Notes: a model not told the origin generated them from the letters alone. Counted from the first letter of the stretch, positions 50,102-61,393 are shown. The stretch is 64,000 nucleotides of DNA from Candidatus Zhuqueibacterota bacterium (GCA_034505795.1 JAPDQM010000007.1:1590-65589); one strand, 5' to 3'. Numbers and translations are program-made.

Positions 50102-52729
50102 ATGAAAATCATGGTCCCTGTTCATTTATTTTTACTTTTTGTTTGGAGTCTTAGCGCGACGGCCCAACAACCGCTATTTCTTGATCCCTCAGCACCAATC
50201 GATGATCGAGTTACCGATCTGGTCTCGCGTCTGACGCTGGAAGAGAGAGTCTCTCAGATGGTTTATAATGCGCCAGCCATCGAACGCCTGGGCATTCCTG
50301 CTTATAACTGGTGGAATGAATGCCTCCATGGGGTGGCACGAGCGGGCATCGCCACGGTCTTTCCACAAGCTATTGGGCTGGCGGCCACCTGGGATACGAA
50401 TCTGATATTTGAGGTTGCCAGTACGATCTCTACTGAAGCCCGAGCGAAACACCATGAATTTGTGCGGAACGGAGAACGTGGCATCTACCAGGGGCTTACC
50501 TTCTGGTCGCCCAATATTAACATTTTTCGTGATCCGCGCTGGGGACGAGGTCAGGAAACCTATGGCGAGGATCCCTATCTCACGGCGCGCATGGGAGTCG
50601 CGTTCGTTAAGGGCTTGCAGGGGAATGATCCCCGCTATCTCAAAGTCGTTGCAACACCGAAGCATTTTGCCGTACATAGCGGACCTGAGCCCGACCGCCA
50701 CCACTTCGATGCCTACACCTCTGAGCAGGACCTGCGCGAAACCTATCTGCCGGCATTCGAAGCCTGCGTGACAGAGGCCAATGCCCAATCGATCATGGGG
50801 GCTTATAATCGTTTCCGTGGCGAAGCGTGCTGCGCCAGCCAGAAGCTATTGCACGATATTTTGCGCCGAGAATGGGGATTTACAGGATATGTGGTTTCCG
50901 ACTGCGGCGCGATCCGAGATATATTTGCTGATCACAAGATGGTGGCCACGCCTGAGGAAGCGGCAGCCATCGCTGTGAAAGCTGGCTGCGACCTCAATTG
51001 CGGCAATATCTATCCGCATCTGATTCGAGCTGTGCAGCAGGGGCTGATTAGCGAAAACGAAATCACGTTGGCGGTGAAGCGGTTGTTCAAAGCGCGCTTT
51101 CTGCTGGGCATGTTCGATCCACCCGAACAAGTGCCATTCGCACAAACGCCTTATGAATTAAACGATTGCTCAGCCCATCGACAACTTGCACTGCAAACGG
51201 CGCGGGAATCGCTTGTTCTACTGAAAAATGATCAACATGTATTACCTCTCTCCAGGAAACTAAAATCCATTGCTGTGGTTGGCCCAAATGCTGATGATGT
51301 TCCGGTGCTGTTGGGCAATTACGAGGGCACGCCATCAGCCCCAGTCACGATTCTGGAGGGAATCCAGCGTAAACTGGCCCCTGAGACGGAATTGATCTTT
51401 CGCCATGGCTGCGACCTCGTGTACCCTACCATCGCCACACTCCATCCCATACCGGCTTCGGCGCTTAAGCCGCCGGCCGAATTTGCCGATCAATCAGGTG
51501 TTCGCGCGGAATTTTTTGACAACATGGATCTGGCAGGTGAGCCAGTCCATATTTTGTTCAACCAAAATATTGATTTGAATTGGAAGTTCAAATCTCCACC
51601 ACCAGGAATGCAGCCATTTCATTTCTCTACGCGCTGGCGTGGAATTCTGGTGCCGCCGATCACGGGCAACTACGAGCTTGGAGTTACCAGCGATGATGGC
51701 TTTCGACTTTATTTAAATGATGTATTATTTTTGGAGGATTGGACACATCATGCACCTCGCACCAGTCGCAAAAGCATTTGGTTAGAGGCAAGCCGAGAGT
51801 ATCCCTTTCAACTGGATTTTTACCAGAATCTCGGAGGTGCCTTGTGCCAATTTGGCTGGCTGAAGCCCGGAGATCCAGAGTTATTTTTCAAAGCCGTGGA
51901 TGATGAATTCCAGCAAACGGTTGCTGCGGCTGCCAAAGCCGATGTGATCATCATGATTGGGGGCATTCATCCCCAATTAGAAGGTGAAGAAATGGATGTC
52001 GATGCTGCTGGTTTTAAAGGCGGCGATCGCACCACCCTGGATCTGCCGGCAATTCAGGAAAAGCTCTTGCAGGCGCTGCATGCCACCGGCAAACCAGTAG
52101 TCCTGGTGCTGCTGAGCGGAAGCGCCCTGGCGGTCAATTGGGCCAAGGAACATATTCCGGCTATCATTCAAGCGTGGTATCCAGGTGGCGAAGGCGGCAC
52201 CGCAGTAGCCGACGTGCTGTTCGGCGATTACAATCCGGCTGGACGGCTGCCAGTGACTTTTTACCGTTCGGTGGATGACCTACCGCCGTTCGAGGATTAC
52301 AATATGACCAATCGCACCTATCGCTATTTCAAAGGCGAACCGCTATATCCATTTGGGTATGGTTTGAGCTATACCCGGTTCAAATACCAGAATCTCAAAA
52401 TTGAGCCCCGGAAAATTCAACCCGATCAGAATGCGCTGGTAACGATTGACGTGCAGAATGCTGGAGCTCTAGCCGGCGATGAGGTGGTTCAATTGTACGT
52501 TTCAGACCGCGAAAGCAGTCAGCCGCGGCCGATAAAGTCACTAAGAGGTTTCCAGCGAATTCACTTGCTGCCTGGCGAGCAACGAACCGTGACATTCATG
52601 CTAACGCCACGCGATCTATCGCTCTATCACGAAACGCAAGGCTGGTTGGTCGAACCGGGTGAATTTGAGATCATGGTTGGTGGGAATTCGGTCACTGGTC
52701 TCAAAAACAAGCTCATTGTGAAACCATGA
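50102..52729 (+). CDS. GH3 beta-glucosidase/beta-xylosidase with inserted PA14 domain, secreted
   Basis: Signal peptide MKIMVPVHLFLLFVWSLSATAQ. GH3 N-terminal domain with catalytic-Asp context GFTGYVVSDCGAI. PA14 region (TGNYELGVTSDDGFRLYLND). C-terminal fibronectin-like domain. Confidence 0.85.
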   Translation: MKIMVPVHLFLLFVWSLSATAQQPLFLDPSAPIDDRVTDLVSRLTLEERVSQMVYNAPAIERLGIPAYNWWNECLHGVARAGIATVFPQAIGLAATWDTNLIFEVASTISTEARAKHHEFVRNGERGIYQGLTFWSPNINIFRDPRWGRGQETYGEDPYLTARMGVAFVKGLQGNDPRYLKVVATPKHFAVHSGPEPDRHHFDAYTSEQDLRETYLPAFEACVTEANAQSIMGAYNRFRGEACCASQKLLHDILRREWGFTGYVVSDCGAIRDIFADHKMVATPEEAAAIAVKAGCDLNCGNIYPHLIRAVQQGLISENEITLAVKRLFKARFLLGMFDPPEQVPFAQTPYELNDCSAHRQLALQTARESLVLLKNDQHVLPLSRKLKSIAVVGPNADDVPVLLGNYEGTPSAPVTILEGIQRKLAPETELIFRHGCDLVYPTIATLHPIPASALKPPAEFADQSGVRAEFFDNMDLAGEPVHILFNQNIDLNWKFKSPPPGMQPFHFSTRWRGILVPPITGNYELGVTSDDGFRLYLNDVLFLEDWTHHAPRTSRKSIWLEASREYPFQLDFYQNLGGALCQFGWLKPGDPELFFKAVDDEFQQTVAAAAKADVIIMIGGIHPQLEGEEMDVDAAGFKGGDRTTLDLPAIQEKLLQALHATGKPVVLVLLSGSALAVNWAKEHIPAIIQAWYPGGEGGTAVADVLFGDYNPAGRLPVTFYRSVDDLPPFEDYNMTNRTYRYFKGEPLYPFGYGLSYTRFKYQNLKIEPRKIQPDQNALVTIDVQNAGALAGDEVVQLYVSDRESSQPRPIKSLRGFQRIHLLPGEQRTVTFMLTPRDLSLYHETQGWLVEPGEFEIMVGGNSVTGLKNKLIVKP

Positions 52730-52851
52730 ATGTCGCATTGCAAAAAATTTATCAGTTGAATTTAGCAACTCATCTTTAGTATCCGAGTTGATAATTTTAT
52801 GTCCAATACGATAATGATGCATATCAAAAATCTACTGTTCAGGAGCAAAAA

Positions 52852-54819
52852 ATGAAAATCCGTGTTATCATTCTAATTTTGCTATTTGTCATCACCAGAT
52901 TACTCGGCCCATCTTTATTATTTGCCAAAGAATATTCATTATTTTCGCCAAACAAAAAAACCGAAATTCGGGTGCAAGTGGACAACAAATTGCGTTACGC
53001 TGTGGTTCATGGCAATCAACCTGTGATTGCGCCCTCCCCCATCTCACTGACTTTGGAAAATCAGATTATCCTCGGCCTGCAGCCAGTGGTTACGCAGGTC
53101 CAACGGCAAGCCATTCGGGATACTCTGAAACCCGTGATACGGTTGAAATCATCCCGCATTCTGAATCAATATAATGAACTTCGGCTCAGCTTTAAGCAAA
53201 ATTTCGATGTCATTTTTAGGGCCTACAATGATGGCGTGGCTTATCGATTTGCAACTAAAGAAACGACTCCGATTACAATTTACGCCGAAGAGGCTACTTT
53301 TGAATTTTTAAATGATCATTCTATCTATTTTCCCGAAGAGGATAGCTTTTTTTCGCACTCCGAGCGAATCTATCGGCACATTCGGTTAAGCGAAATAGGT
53401 CCCAACCGCATGAGCTGCTTGCCAGCAGTGGTGGCGATAGATAATGGCCTCCGAATCGCTATTCTTGAAGCGGATCTGGAAGATTACCCCGGGATGTATC
53501 TCACGGGGATGGCCGATTCTCCAACGCGTTTGATCGGTATATTCCCAAATTATCCGCTGGCGGTTGAGCAAAAAAGCGATCGTGATGTGCCGGTCACCAA
53601 ACGAGCCGACTACCTCGCCCGCACCAGCGGTACGCGGTCCTTTCCCTGGCGTGCGTTGATCATTGCTGAGAGAGATGCGGACCTGGTTGAAAGTCAATTG
53701 GTTTATAAATTGGCAGCAGCCAGTCGCATCGGCGATACCGGGTGGATCAAACCCGGCAAAGTGGCCTGGGATTGGTGGAACTGGAACAACGTTTACGGTG
53801 TGGCTTTTCGAGCCGGAATCAATACCGAAACTTATAAATATTATATCGACTTTGCTTCCAGGCATAGAATTGAATATGTGATTCTGGACGAGGGATGGTA
53901 CAAATTGGGCAATTTGCTGGATGTCGTGCCCGAGATCAATATCCCCGAACTCGTCCAGTATGCGAGGGAACGCCAGGTTGGCATCATCCTTTGGGTGATC
54001 TGGAAAACGCTCGATGATCAACTGCAACCAGCGCTTGATCAATTTGCTGCCTGGGGCGTAGCAGGTATCAAAGTCGATTTTATGCAGCGCGATGATCAAT
54101 GGATGGTGAATTACTATTACAAAATCGCGCAGGAAGCCGCTAAGCGGCACTTGCTGGTGGATTTCCATGGCGCTTACAAGCCGACTGGCCTGATGCGAAC
54201 ATTTCCCAATGTGCTGACCAGCGAAGGGGTTCGTGGGCTGGAATGGAGCAAATGGTCCGCTGATGATCCTAATCCCGGACACAATCTGACATTGCCATTT
54301 ACACGGATGCTGGCCGGTCCAATGGATTATACGCCCGGCGCCATGATCAACGCAACCAAAGAACAATTTCGGCCGGTGTTCAATCGACCCATGAGCCAGG
54401 GCACTCGCTGCCATCAACTGGCAATGTATGTAGTTTTTGAAAGCCCGCTGGAGATGTTATGCGATAGTCCGTCGAATTATGAGCGCGAGCCCGAATGCCT
54501 GGAATTTCTTAGCGCAGTTCCTACTGTCTGGGATGACACCAAAGTGCTGGACGCTAAAATAGCTGAGTACATTCTAATCGCTCGAAAAAGCGGTAACAGA
54601 TGGTATCTGGGTGCAATGACCAATTGGAGTGCGCGAGACCTGACCGTTGATTTTTCATTTTTAGATGACAAAACATACCATCTGCAAAGCTACCAGGATG
54701 GCATAAATGCCGATCGCAATGCCATGGATTATCGCAAATCCCAACTCAGAATCTCACGGAATGATCGTCTGACCATCCACCTGGCACCAGGCGGGGGCTG
54801 GGTGGGTATTGTCGAATAA
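52852..54819 (+). CDS. GH97 glycoside hydrolase (SusB-like alpha-glucosidase/alpha-galactosidase family)
   Basis: The N-terminal beta-sandwich, central TIM barrel with VILDEGWY and calcium/acid-base region are typical of GH97. SD CAGGAG. Signal peptide. Confidence 0.75.
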   Translation: MKIRVIILILLFVITRLLGPSLLFAKEYSLFSPNKKTEIRVQVDNKLRYAVVHGNQPVIAPSPISLTLENQIILGLQPVVTQVQRQAIRDTLKPVIRLKSSRILNQYNELRLSFKQNFDVIFRAYNDGVAYRFATKETTPITIYAEEATFEFLNDHSIYFPEEDSFFSHSERIYRHIRLSEIGPNRMSCLPAVVAIDNGLRIAILEADLEDYPGMYLTGMADSPTRLIGIFPNYPLAVEQKSDRDVPVTKRADYLARTSGTRSFPWRALIIAERDADLVESQLVYKLAAASRIGDTGWIKPGKVAWDWWNWNNVYGVAFRAGINTETYKYYIDFASRHRIEYVILDEGWYKLGNLLDVVPEINIPELVQYARERQVGIILWVIWKTLDDQLQPALDQFAAWGVAGIKVDFMQRDDQWMVNYYYKIAQEAAKRHLLVDFHGAYKPTGLMRTFPNVLTSEGVRGLEWSKWSADDPNPGHNLTLPFTRMLAGPMDYTPGAMINATKEQFRPVFNRPMSQGTRCHQLAMYVVFESPLEMLCDSPSNYEREPECLEFLSAVPTVWDDTKVLDAKIAEYILIARKSGNRWYLGAMTNWSARDLTVDFSFLDDKTYHLQSYQDGINADRNAMDYRKSQLRISRNDRLTIHLAPGGGWVGIVE

Positions 54820-55074
54820 ATCAACTCAGGCATGTGGGCATTTCATGTTGAATTGAGTATGATCTGGACTATGCTTTTGCTGATGAATGCTTCGTGTTGG
54901 CTATGGTATAAAATTTGTAAGCGAATTGAATCAGGAGAAAAGTGGCTCAATTTTAAGCGATTGAATCCAAGTCATTCGGGCTGAGCAAGAAAATGGGCTT
55001 AACGCAAAAGCTAACTTGCTGTGGCTAAACTGCTATAGTTGGGCAGTTATCTCTGGCCCTGAATTAAACACATC

Positions 55075-56715
55075 TTGAAAGACATGAACATCAAAATTCA
55101 TCTTGCAGCGTTGTTTTTCTTTGTGTGGTCCTCACTTTTGGCCACGGATTATTATATTTCGCCCAACGGGAGTGATGAGAATCCCGGCACAATCGATCGG
55201 CCATGGCAGACTATTGGTAAAGCCAATCAGGAATTGCAGGCTGGCGATACGGTCTATTTGCGGGAGGGGCGTTATTCGCAAACCATCCGCCCTGTGAATA
55301 GCGGCTTGCCTGACGCAACCATAACGATTTCCGGCTATGCCAACGAAGTCGCCATTATTCATTCCAGACCTACGGGTGCCGATTTGAGCGGCAAAAGCTA
55401 CATCATTATTCAACGACTCCACTTTGAGAATTGCAATTATTTCATTCGTTCCATACCCGATGGTTTCGATTTTTGTATTATCAAAGAGTGCATCATGCGA
55501 AACCAAACCGGATGGTGTGGCATTGAGATTGGCGATGGCTGTCAGCACAATCAAATATTAAATAATGTCATCGACAGCGGCGGTGTTGAAGGCGATTGCA
55601 TCCACATCGGCTCGGATGATTTTGGCGAGCAAGTTGGCGCTCAATACAATTTGGTGGCCAATAATGAATGCTCTGGCGCAATGCATGGGGGTATTTGTTG
55701 TGCGGGCGATCGTACCCAATTCAATCTTATTCGTCAGAATTATGTGCATGATATCGGCGATAATGGCATTGCCACCGGCGCCGGCGTCCGATGGACACTC
55801 ATTGAAGGCAATCGAATCTTCAATCCCGGGATCGATAGCGATGGTGCATCCGCCATGCAAATTCGTTCCGAAAACTGCATCATCAGGCATAATATCATGT
55901 ATCGCGACTTTGATCTTGATATTGAAAATGGTGCCGCAGCCTTGCTACTTCAATCCACCGATGAACTACCCGATGTTCGTAACAATAAAATTTTTCATAA
56001 TACGATTTATCGCTTTGATCAGCAGCGAACGCATTGGCATGGAATACAACTGTCGGTGTTAAATACCGAAATTCCATTCGGTCCCAATATTTTCAAGAAT
56101 AATATCATCTATAAAAATGGCGTCGGTAACGAGAATGGTTTTCAAATCGCCTACACGCGCGCGGTGACTACGCCTCCACTTGATATTTTCGCTGGCAATC
56201 TGATCTGCCGGCAGCAGTCGAATGAGCCGGTGATCTACTTATTCGAGTTCGATCGGCGGCGTCTGACTCTCACAGATGCCATACAACAATATCCCAATAA
56301 TTTCCGGGCTTCGAATATCGATGCCCCTCCCCTATTTATTGATGAAGCAATGTTCGATTTTCGGCTGCAGCAGAATTCTCCCGGGATTGATGCTGGCGTT
56401 TTTCTGACCAGAACCATAGGCGACGGACAGGGCAATCAGGTGACAGTCGAGGATGCCGCTTATTTTTGTGATGGTTGGGGTGTTATTGAAGGCGATACGA
56501 TCCGTGTTGGCTCAAATCACGCCGTTAAGATTCTTGAGATTGACTATCCGAATAATCGACTCACGGTTGAACGATCCATTTCCTGGCAGGCAGGCGATCC
56601 GGTGAGCCTGAATTATGCCGGCAAAGCACCTGATATTGGTGCTTTTGAAATGAATGGCAGCCGAGACAGACTGGCGCCATTACCTCCGCAAAATGTCAAA
56701 GTAATGAGTCCATGA
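55075..56715 (+). CDS. right-handed parallel beta-helix (pectin-lyase-fold) protein, secreted
   Basis: Signal peptide. YYISPNGSDENPGTIDRPWQTIGKA start typical of beta-helix CAZymes/lyases. Multiple NxIxxN-type repeats. Confidence 0.55.
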   Translation: MKDMNIKIHLAALFFFVWSSLLATDYYISPNGSDENPGTIDRPWQTIGKANQELQAGDTVYLREGRYSQTIRPVNSGLPDATITISGYANEVAIIHSRPTGADLSGKSYIIIQRLHFENCNYFIRSIPDGFDFCIIKECIMRNQTGWCGIEIGDGCQHNQILNNVIDSGGVEGDCIHIGSDDFGEQVGAQYNLVANNECSGAMHGGICCAGDRTQFNLIRQNYVHDIGDNGIATGAGVRWTLIEGNRIFNPGIDSDGASAMQIRSENCIIRHNIMYRDFDLDIENGAAALLLQSTDELPDVRNNKIFHNTIYRFDQQRTHWHGIQLSVLNTEIPFGPNIFKNNIIYKNGVGNENGFQIAYTRAVTTPPLDIFAGNLICRQQSNEPVIYLFEFDRRRLTLTDAIQQYPNNFRASNIDAPPLFIDEAMFDFRLQQNSPGIDAGVFLTRTIGDGQGNQVTVEDAAYFCDGWGVIEGDTIRVGSNHAVKILEIDYPNNRLTVERSISWQAGDPVSLNYAGKAPDIGAFEMNGSRDRLAPLPPQNVKVMSP

Positions 56716-56727
56716 TCTGCTCTTTAT

Positions 56728-56758
56728 GCGTGGTTGAAGTTTTTTCCTTAAACCACGC
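56728..56758 (+). other. 8-bp stem hairpin 12 nt after the beta-helix gene stop
   Basis: GCGTGGTT-gaagttttttcctta-AACCACGC. T-run is inside the loop, not 3' of the stem. Confidence 0.35.
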
Positions 56759-56953
56759 TATTAAGGCAATCCAAAATTCTAATGATTGGGCGCGAAGCAT
56801 ATCCATCCACCTTGGATGTGGAAAATTGATAAAAGGATTACTGACAATTTAGCTTAAGAAATACCGGGTTTGGCGTATCATACCGGTGTTCTTAGGATTC
56901 ACTGGGTATAAAACACTGCACTATGAACCATAATTTAGGAGGGAGTAGAGATC

Positions 56954-58774
56954 ATGGTTTTCGGAACCTGGGATTGGCTGGTGATCGGACTTTATTTTGT
57001 TGTCATTCTGGGGATTGCCTGGTGGGGGATCCGGAAGCGCCAGGACACGTCATCGGACTATTTCCTGGCTGGGCGACATCTGGGATGGTTTGTTGTGGGA
57101 GCATCAATTTTTGCGTCGAATATTGGCTCGGAACATATCGTTGGCCTGGCTGGATCTGGCTGTACCGATGGAGTAGCCATGGCGCATTATGAATTACATG
57201 CCTGGTGTTTATTGGTTTTGGGTTGGGTGATGATTCCGTTTTATATGCGCTCCAAGGTTTTTACCATGCCAGAATTTTTGGAACGCCGCTTTTCGCCGAG
57301 TTCGCGCACGATTCTTTCAGTGATTTCTCTCGTAGCGTACGTCCTCACCAAGATCGCAGTGGGCATTTTTGCTGGTGGCATTGTGTTCAGCGTGCTGCTG
57401 CCGGATCTGAATTTTCTGGGCATGGATTCGTTCTGGATCGGCTCGATTTTGGTGATTGTGCTGACTGGCCTTTACACTATCCTCGGCGGACTCCGGGCCG
57501 TAGCCTATACCGATGCGATGCAAACCGTGGTGCTGATTTTTGGCTCACTAATCGTGACGCTCTTCGGACTTCTGGCCTTGGGGGGTGCCAGTGGGCTGGG
57601 GAGCGTCTTTGATTCCAGCCATCCCTTCGCGCTGTTCTCATTTTTGCAGCGTGGTTGGAGCGAACTGCGAGCCATTTGTGGTAGCGAGATGTTCAATCTC
57701 TGGAAACCCCTGGTGCCTTCCGGAATCGAAGGTTCATGGGCACCGGTGCGCGAAGCCAGTCGCATGGCCTGGTATTTCAATGATAATTATCCCTGGCTGG
57801 GTATGCTATTCTGTGCGCCAATTATCGGCCTGTGGTATTGGTGCACCGATCAATACATTGTCCAGCGCGCATTGGGTGCGCCGAATGAACGCCAGGCCCG
57901 CAAGGGATCTATTTGTGCGGCCTTTTTAAAACTTTCACCTGTATTTATCTTCATAATTCCCGGCATGATCTGTTTTGCTCTGGCCAAAAGCGGTCAGGTG
58001 GCTGCCATTCAGCATCAGCTTTTTGATACGCAAGGCCAACTCATCCGAGATAATGCCCAACAGGCGTTTCCCCTGCTGGTGGCAAGTATTCTGCCCATTG
58101 GTATTCGTGGCCTGGTAGTCGCTGGCTTGTTAGCGGCCCTGATGAGTTCTCTGGCTGGAGTCTTCAATGCTTCATCAACTCTCTTTACCATCGATTTCTA
58201 TTCAAAACTTCGGCCCCAAGCCACACAGCATCAGTTGGTCTGGATGGGTCGGATTGCCACGTCAGTGATGGTGCTGATCGGCTTGCTCTGGATTCCGGTG
58301 ATCAAAGGCGGCAAAGGATTGTACGATTATCTTCAAGGTATTCAGGCGTATCTGGCGCCGCCGATTTTCGTGGTCTTCTTCTTCGGCGTTTTCATGAAGC
58401 GGCTCAATACCAAGGGATGCCTGGCCACACTTCTTGTGGGTTTTGCCATGGGCTTGTTCCGATTATTTGTGGATACGCCTGTGAAATTGTTAACAAATTT
58501 TGCGTATGAGCCGGGCTCGTTTCTTTGGGTGGTAAACAATATCTTTTTCCAGTATTATAGCTTGTTGATTTTTGTTGTCTGTGCCGCGGTCATGATTGGT
58601 GTAAGCTATGCAACCGCCCCACCAGCGTATGAAAAAATCAGCGGCTTGACCTACGCCACGATGACCGAGGAAGATCGGCGTCGCACGCGGGCCAGTTGGG
58701 GCACCAGCGATGTCGTTGCGTCGGTTTTAGTGCTGGTGATTATCGTCGCGATCTATCTCTATTTTCGTGGCTAA
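56954..58774 (+). CDS. sodium:solute symporter (SSF/SGLT family) sugar transporter
   Basis: N-terminal DYFLAGRHLGWFVVGASIFASNIGSEHIVGLAGSG signature of SSF. 13-14 TM helices. SD GGAGGGAG. Confidence 0.85.
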   Translation: MVFGTWDWLVIGLYFVVILGIAWWGIRKRQDTSSDYFLAGRHLGWFVVGASIFASNIGSEHIVGLAGSGCTDGVAMAHYELHAWCLLVLGWVMIPFYMRSKVFTMPEFLERRFSPSSRTILSVISLVAYVLTKIAVGIFAGGIVFSVLLPDLNFLGMDSFWIGSILVIVLTGLYTILGGLRAVAYTDAMQTVVLIFGSLIVTLFGLLALGGASGLGSVFDSSHPFALFSFLQRGWSELRAICGSEMFNLWKPLVPSGIEGSWAPVREASRMAWYFNDNYPWLGMLFCAPIIGLWYWCTDQYIVQRALGAPNERQARKGSICAAFLKLSPVFIFIIPGMICFALAKSGQVAAIQHQLFDTQGQLIRDNAQQAFPLLVASILPIGIRGLVVAGLLAALMSSLAGVFNASSTLFTIDFYSKLRPQATQHQLVWMGRIATSVMVLIGLLWIPVIKGGKGLYDYLQGIQAYLAPPIFVVFFFGVFMKRLNTKGCLATLLVGFAMGLFRLFVDTPVKLLTNFAYEPGSFLWVVNNIFFQYYSLLIFVVCAAVMIGVSYATAPPAYEKISGLTYATMTEEDRRRTRASWGTSDVVASVLVLVIIVAIYLYFRG

Positions 58775-58820
58775 AAAAAGCAGTATTCAGTCTGCTTCTG
58801 AGGGCGATTGGTTTAGATTT

Positions 58821-58852
58821 ATAGGCTGCGGTCTACCAAAACCGCAGCCTAT
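58821..58852 (+). other. perfect 12-bp stem / 8-nt loop hairpin between SSS transporter and pectinesterase genes
   Basis: ATAGGCTGCGGT-ctaccaaa-ACCGCAGCCTAT. No U-tract follows. Confidence 0.5.
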
Positions 58853-58894
58853 ACTGATTGCCTGTATTTCGTTCAACAAAATGCCTAAAAGAAT

Positions 58895-59992
58895 ATGCGT
58901 ATTTGCTTTCCCATCCTTCTTGCATTGTTGATCGGTGCCAATCACCGATTATCTGAAAATATGCCTTACCAGGCCAGAGTTGTTGCGGGATATGCTGGCC
59001 AACCTGGTGCCAAGATTGCTGGCGAACCAACATTTGCAACCATCAAGGAAGCACTTGATTTTATCCCCAATACCAATGACCTGCCTTTCAAAATTTTTAT
59101 TGGCAATGGCCACTATTATGAAAAAATTGTTGTAACCAAGGCTCACGTTCAGTTCATCGGAGAAAGCCAGGAGCAAACAATCATCACCTTTGATGCATCG
59201 GCAGATAGTCCGAATCCGACTGGCGGTACTTACGGCACCCAGGGGTGTGCCACGCTAATCATTAGTGCGCCGCATTTTCGAGCCGAAAACCTCACGATTG
59301 AAAATAGCTTTGATTATCCCACGAATGCGGCCAAATCAGACGATGATCCCTCAAAAGTGCGCAATCCACAAGCCGTGGCACTCATGACGGGTCCAGGCAG
59401 CGATTGCGTTGTGTTTCGCCGCTGCAAAATTGTAGGCTATCAGGATACCATTTTTGCCAATAGCGGCCGACATTATTTTGCCGGCTGCCGAATTTTCGGT
59501 CATGTTGATTTCATTTTCGGTGCTGGCCAGGCAGTATTTGAAGAGTGTGAAGTGGTATCACGCAATCGAGCGGGAAAAAATCCTACCGGCTATATCACCG
59601 CTCCCAGCACGCTGGCCAGTTTTCCGTATGGTTTTCTGTTCCTTCGTTGTCATCTGGTCAAAGAAACATCGGAACTGGCTGCAGGTTCGGTTCGTTTGGG
59701 GCGCCCCTGGCATCCGAATGCCAACCCTAGCGCATCAGGCAGTGCCATTTTCATGAACTGCTATATGGATGACCACATCAGTGCCGAAGGCTACGCAGCC
59801 ATTTCCGCGCTTGACTCCTCGGGAAGCCGGGTTTGGTTTGAGATTAAGCCAGACTCGCGCTTTTTTGAGTTCGGCAGCTATGGGCCCGGCGCTATTCAAG
59901 GTCCTAAACGACCGGTCCTCGAACCCCAAGCAGTAAAATGGTATACGCCAGATCAGGTGCTCGCAGGCTGGCATCCCGAAACGAATGATTAA
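58895..59992 (+). CDS. pectinesterase (pectin methylesterase, CE8)
   Basis: CE8 motifs QAVALMTGPGSDCVVFRRCKIVGYQDTIF and FGHVDFIFG, plus a catalytic Asp/Arg region. Signal peptide. Confidence 0.85.
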   Translation: MRICFPILLALLIGANHRLSENMPYQARVVAGYAGQPGAKIAGEPTFATIKEALDFIPNTNDLPFKIFIGNGHYYEKIVVTKAHVQFIGESQEQTIITFDASADSPNPTGGTYGTQGCATLIISAPHFRAENLTIENSFDYPTNAAKSDDDPSKVRNPQAVALMTGPGSDCVVFRRCKIVGYQDTIFANSGRHYFAGCRIFGHVDFIFGAGQAVFEECEVVSRNRAGKNPTGYITAPSTLASFPYGFLFLRCHLVKETSELAAGSVRLGRPWHPNANPSASGSAIFMNCYMDDHISAEGYAAISALDSSGSRVWFEIKPDSRFFEFGSYGPGAIQGPKRPVLEPQAVKWYTPDQVLAGWHPETND

Positions 59993-60062
59993 GCTGGTGA
60001 AGATTGATCGCAGGCGATATATCTTAAATACCGAATGTTAAAAATAACTCGCTGGATCAAGG

Positions 60063-61103
60063 TCACGGATTCTTTGATACCGCCCGCGTGGATTCTCGGA
60101 TGATAAAATCCGTTTCCAGGACGACCCGTTCCGGCGGTAACTGAGTGGAAGATTCAATATTACGGATTAGAATTTCTGCGGCCTTTCGACCAATCTCGTA
60201 TTGCGGCGCTCGAATGGTGGTTAGCGGAACGGGATAGATTTTAGCGTAATAAATATCATCATTTCCAACAATGGAAATATCTTCGGGAATGCGAATATTC
60301 AGTTCCTTCAGTGCGCTCATCACTGCCAATGCTTGCTGATCATTGAAGCAAACGATAGCCGTTGGATAATCTTCGCGACGAAGATGCTTGAAATAATTCA
60401 TCGTATTGCCAAAACTTTCTTCATATCGCGACCCAATGGAAACGATCATCTCTTTATGAAACACCAGAGGACTCTCGCTAAAAGCATCACGGAATCCCTC
60501 GATGCGCTCCTGCGTGTGCGAAGATTGCGGAGGTCCGGCGAAATGAACGATCTTTGTATGACCGCTGTCGATCAAATACTTTACCGCTTTCTTAATCGCT
60601 TTTAGATTGTCGATGGCCACGACATTGGTCTGAATCCCCTTAACGTCCTCCAACAATACAAAGGGATAATTGATCATTTTTAGTTTGAATAGATGTTCAA
60701 TTTCGGCAGCTCCTTCTACCAGCGGCGCAATGATCGCCCCTTTAATGTCTTTGGTCGAGAAAAGGTGAGTGAATTTTTTTTCGCAGTTATGATCATTTTC
60801 GGAACTGGCGATAATGAACGAATATCCTTTTTGATAGGCATACTCCCTGGCACCCAGCGCAATCGTTGTATAAAATGAATAGCTTAAATCTTTAATGATA
60901 ATCCCAATACTTTTATCTTGATTGCCATTTTTCAAATTTCTGGCCATGCCACGGGGACGAAAGTTCAGTTCTTTCATCACCGCTAAAATATGTTCGCGCG
61001 TATCCGGCTTTACAGTATTTTTAGCATTGATCACTGCAGAAACAGTACCTTTCGAGACGCCCGCATGTTTCGCCACATCTTCTATTGTTATTTTTTTCAT
61101 CAA
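60063..61103 (-). CDS. LacI-family transcriptional regulator
   Basis: N-terminal HTH ITIEDVAKHAGVSKGTVSAVIN. Periplasmic-binding-protein-like sugar-binding core. Confidence 0.85.
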   Translation of the reverse strand: MMKKITIEDVAKHAGVSKGTVSAVINAKNTVKPDTREHILAVMKELNFRPRGMARNLKNGNQDKSIGIIIKDLSYSFYTTIALGAREYAYQKGYSFIIASSENDHNCEKKFTHLFSTKDIKGAIIAPLVEGAAEIEHLFKLKMINYPFVLLEDVKGIQTNVVAIDNLKAIKKAVKYLIDSGHTKIVHFAGPPQSSHTQERIEGFRDAFSESPLVFHKEMIVSIGSRYEESFGNTMNYFKHLRREDYPTAIVCFNDQQALAVMSALKELNIRIPEDISIVGNDDIYYAKIYPVPLTTIRAPQYEIGRKAAEILIRNIESSTQLPPERVVLETDFIIRESTRAVSKNP

Positions 61104-61136
61104 TCACCCCGGCACATTGTCAATAGATGCCTCATA

Positions 61137-61152
61137 TTTTGAAACGTTTTAA
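61137..61152. promoter_or_regulatory. second, imperfect operator copy TTTTGAAACGTTTTAA upstream of the lacI-family gene (autoregulation site candidate)
   Basis: Shares ATATTTTGAAACGTTT with the 61394 site. ~35 bp upstream of the lacI-family start on the minus strand. Confidence 0.5.
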
Positions 61153-61393
61153 TTGTCAGTTCAGCTTAAATATAATGGCTTTAAATGACAAAATCAATAG
61201 AAATTTTGATGAACTGCGCCTCGCACCAATTTTTTCCAATTTTAATTCAAATAACATCACTTCCTTTCTCTGCCAGAAATTGATCACGCCTCTTTAATAA
61301 AAATGAATTAGCAATGCCACTGGATGACTGTTCAGAACCTTCAAGCAATATTCCCAATTTTTCGCTTGACTTTTAGCTGGCGCTGTGGTATAT

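Noticed and set aside
53386-54417. 343-aa minus-strand ORF
   Set aside because: It is antisense inside the GH97 gene. It has no motifs, and the plus-strand frame has clear GH97 features.
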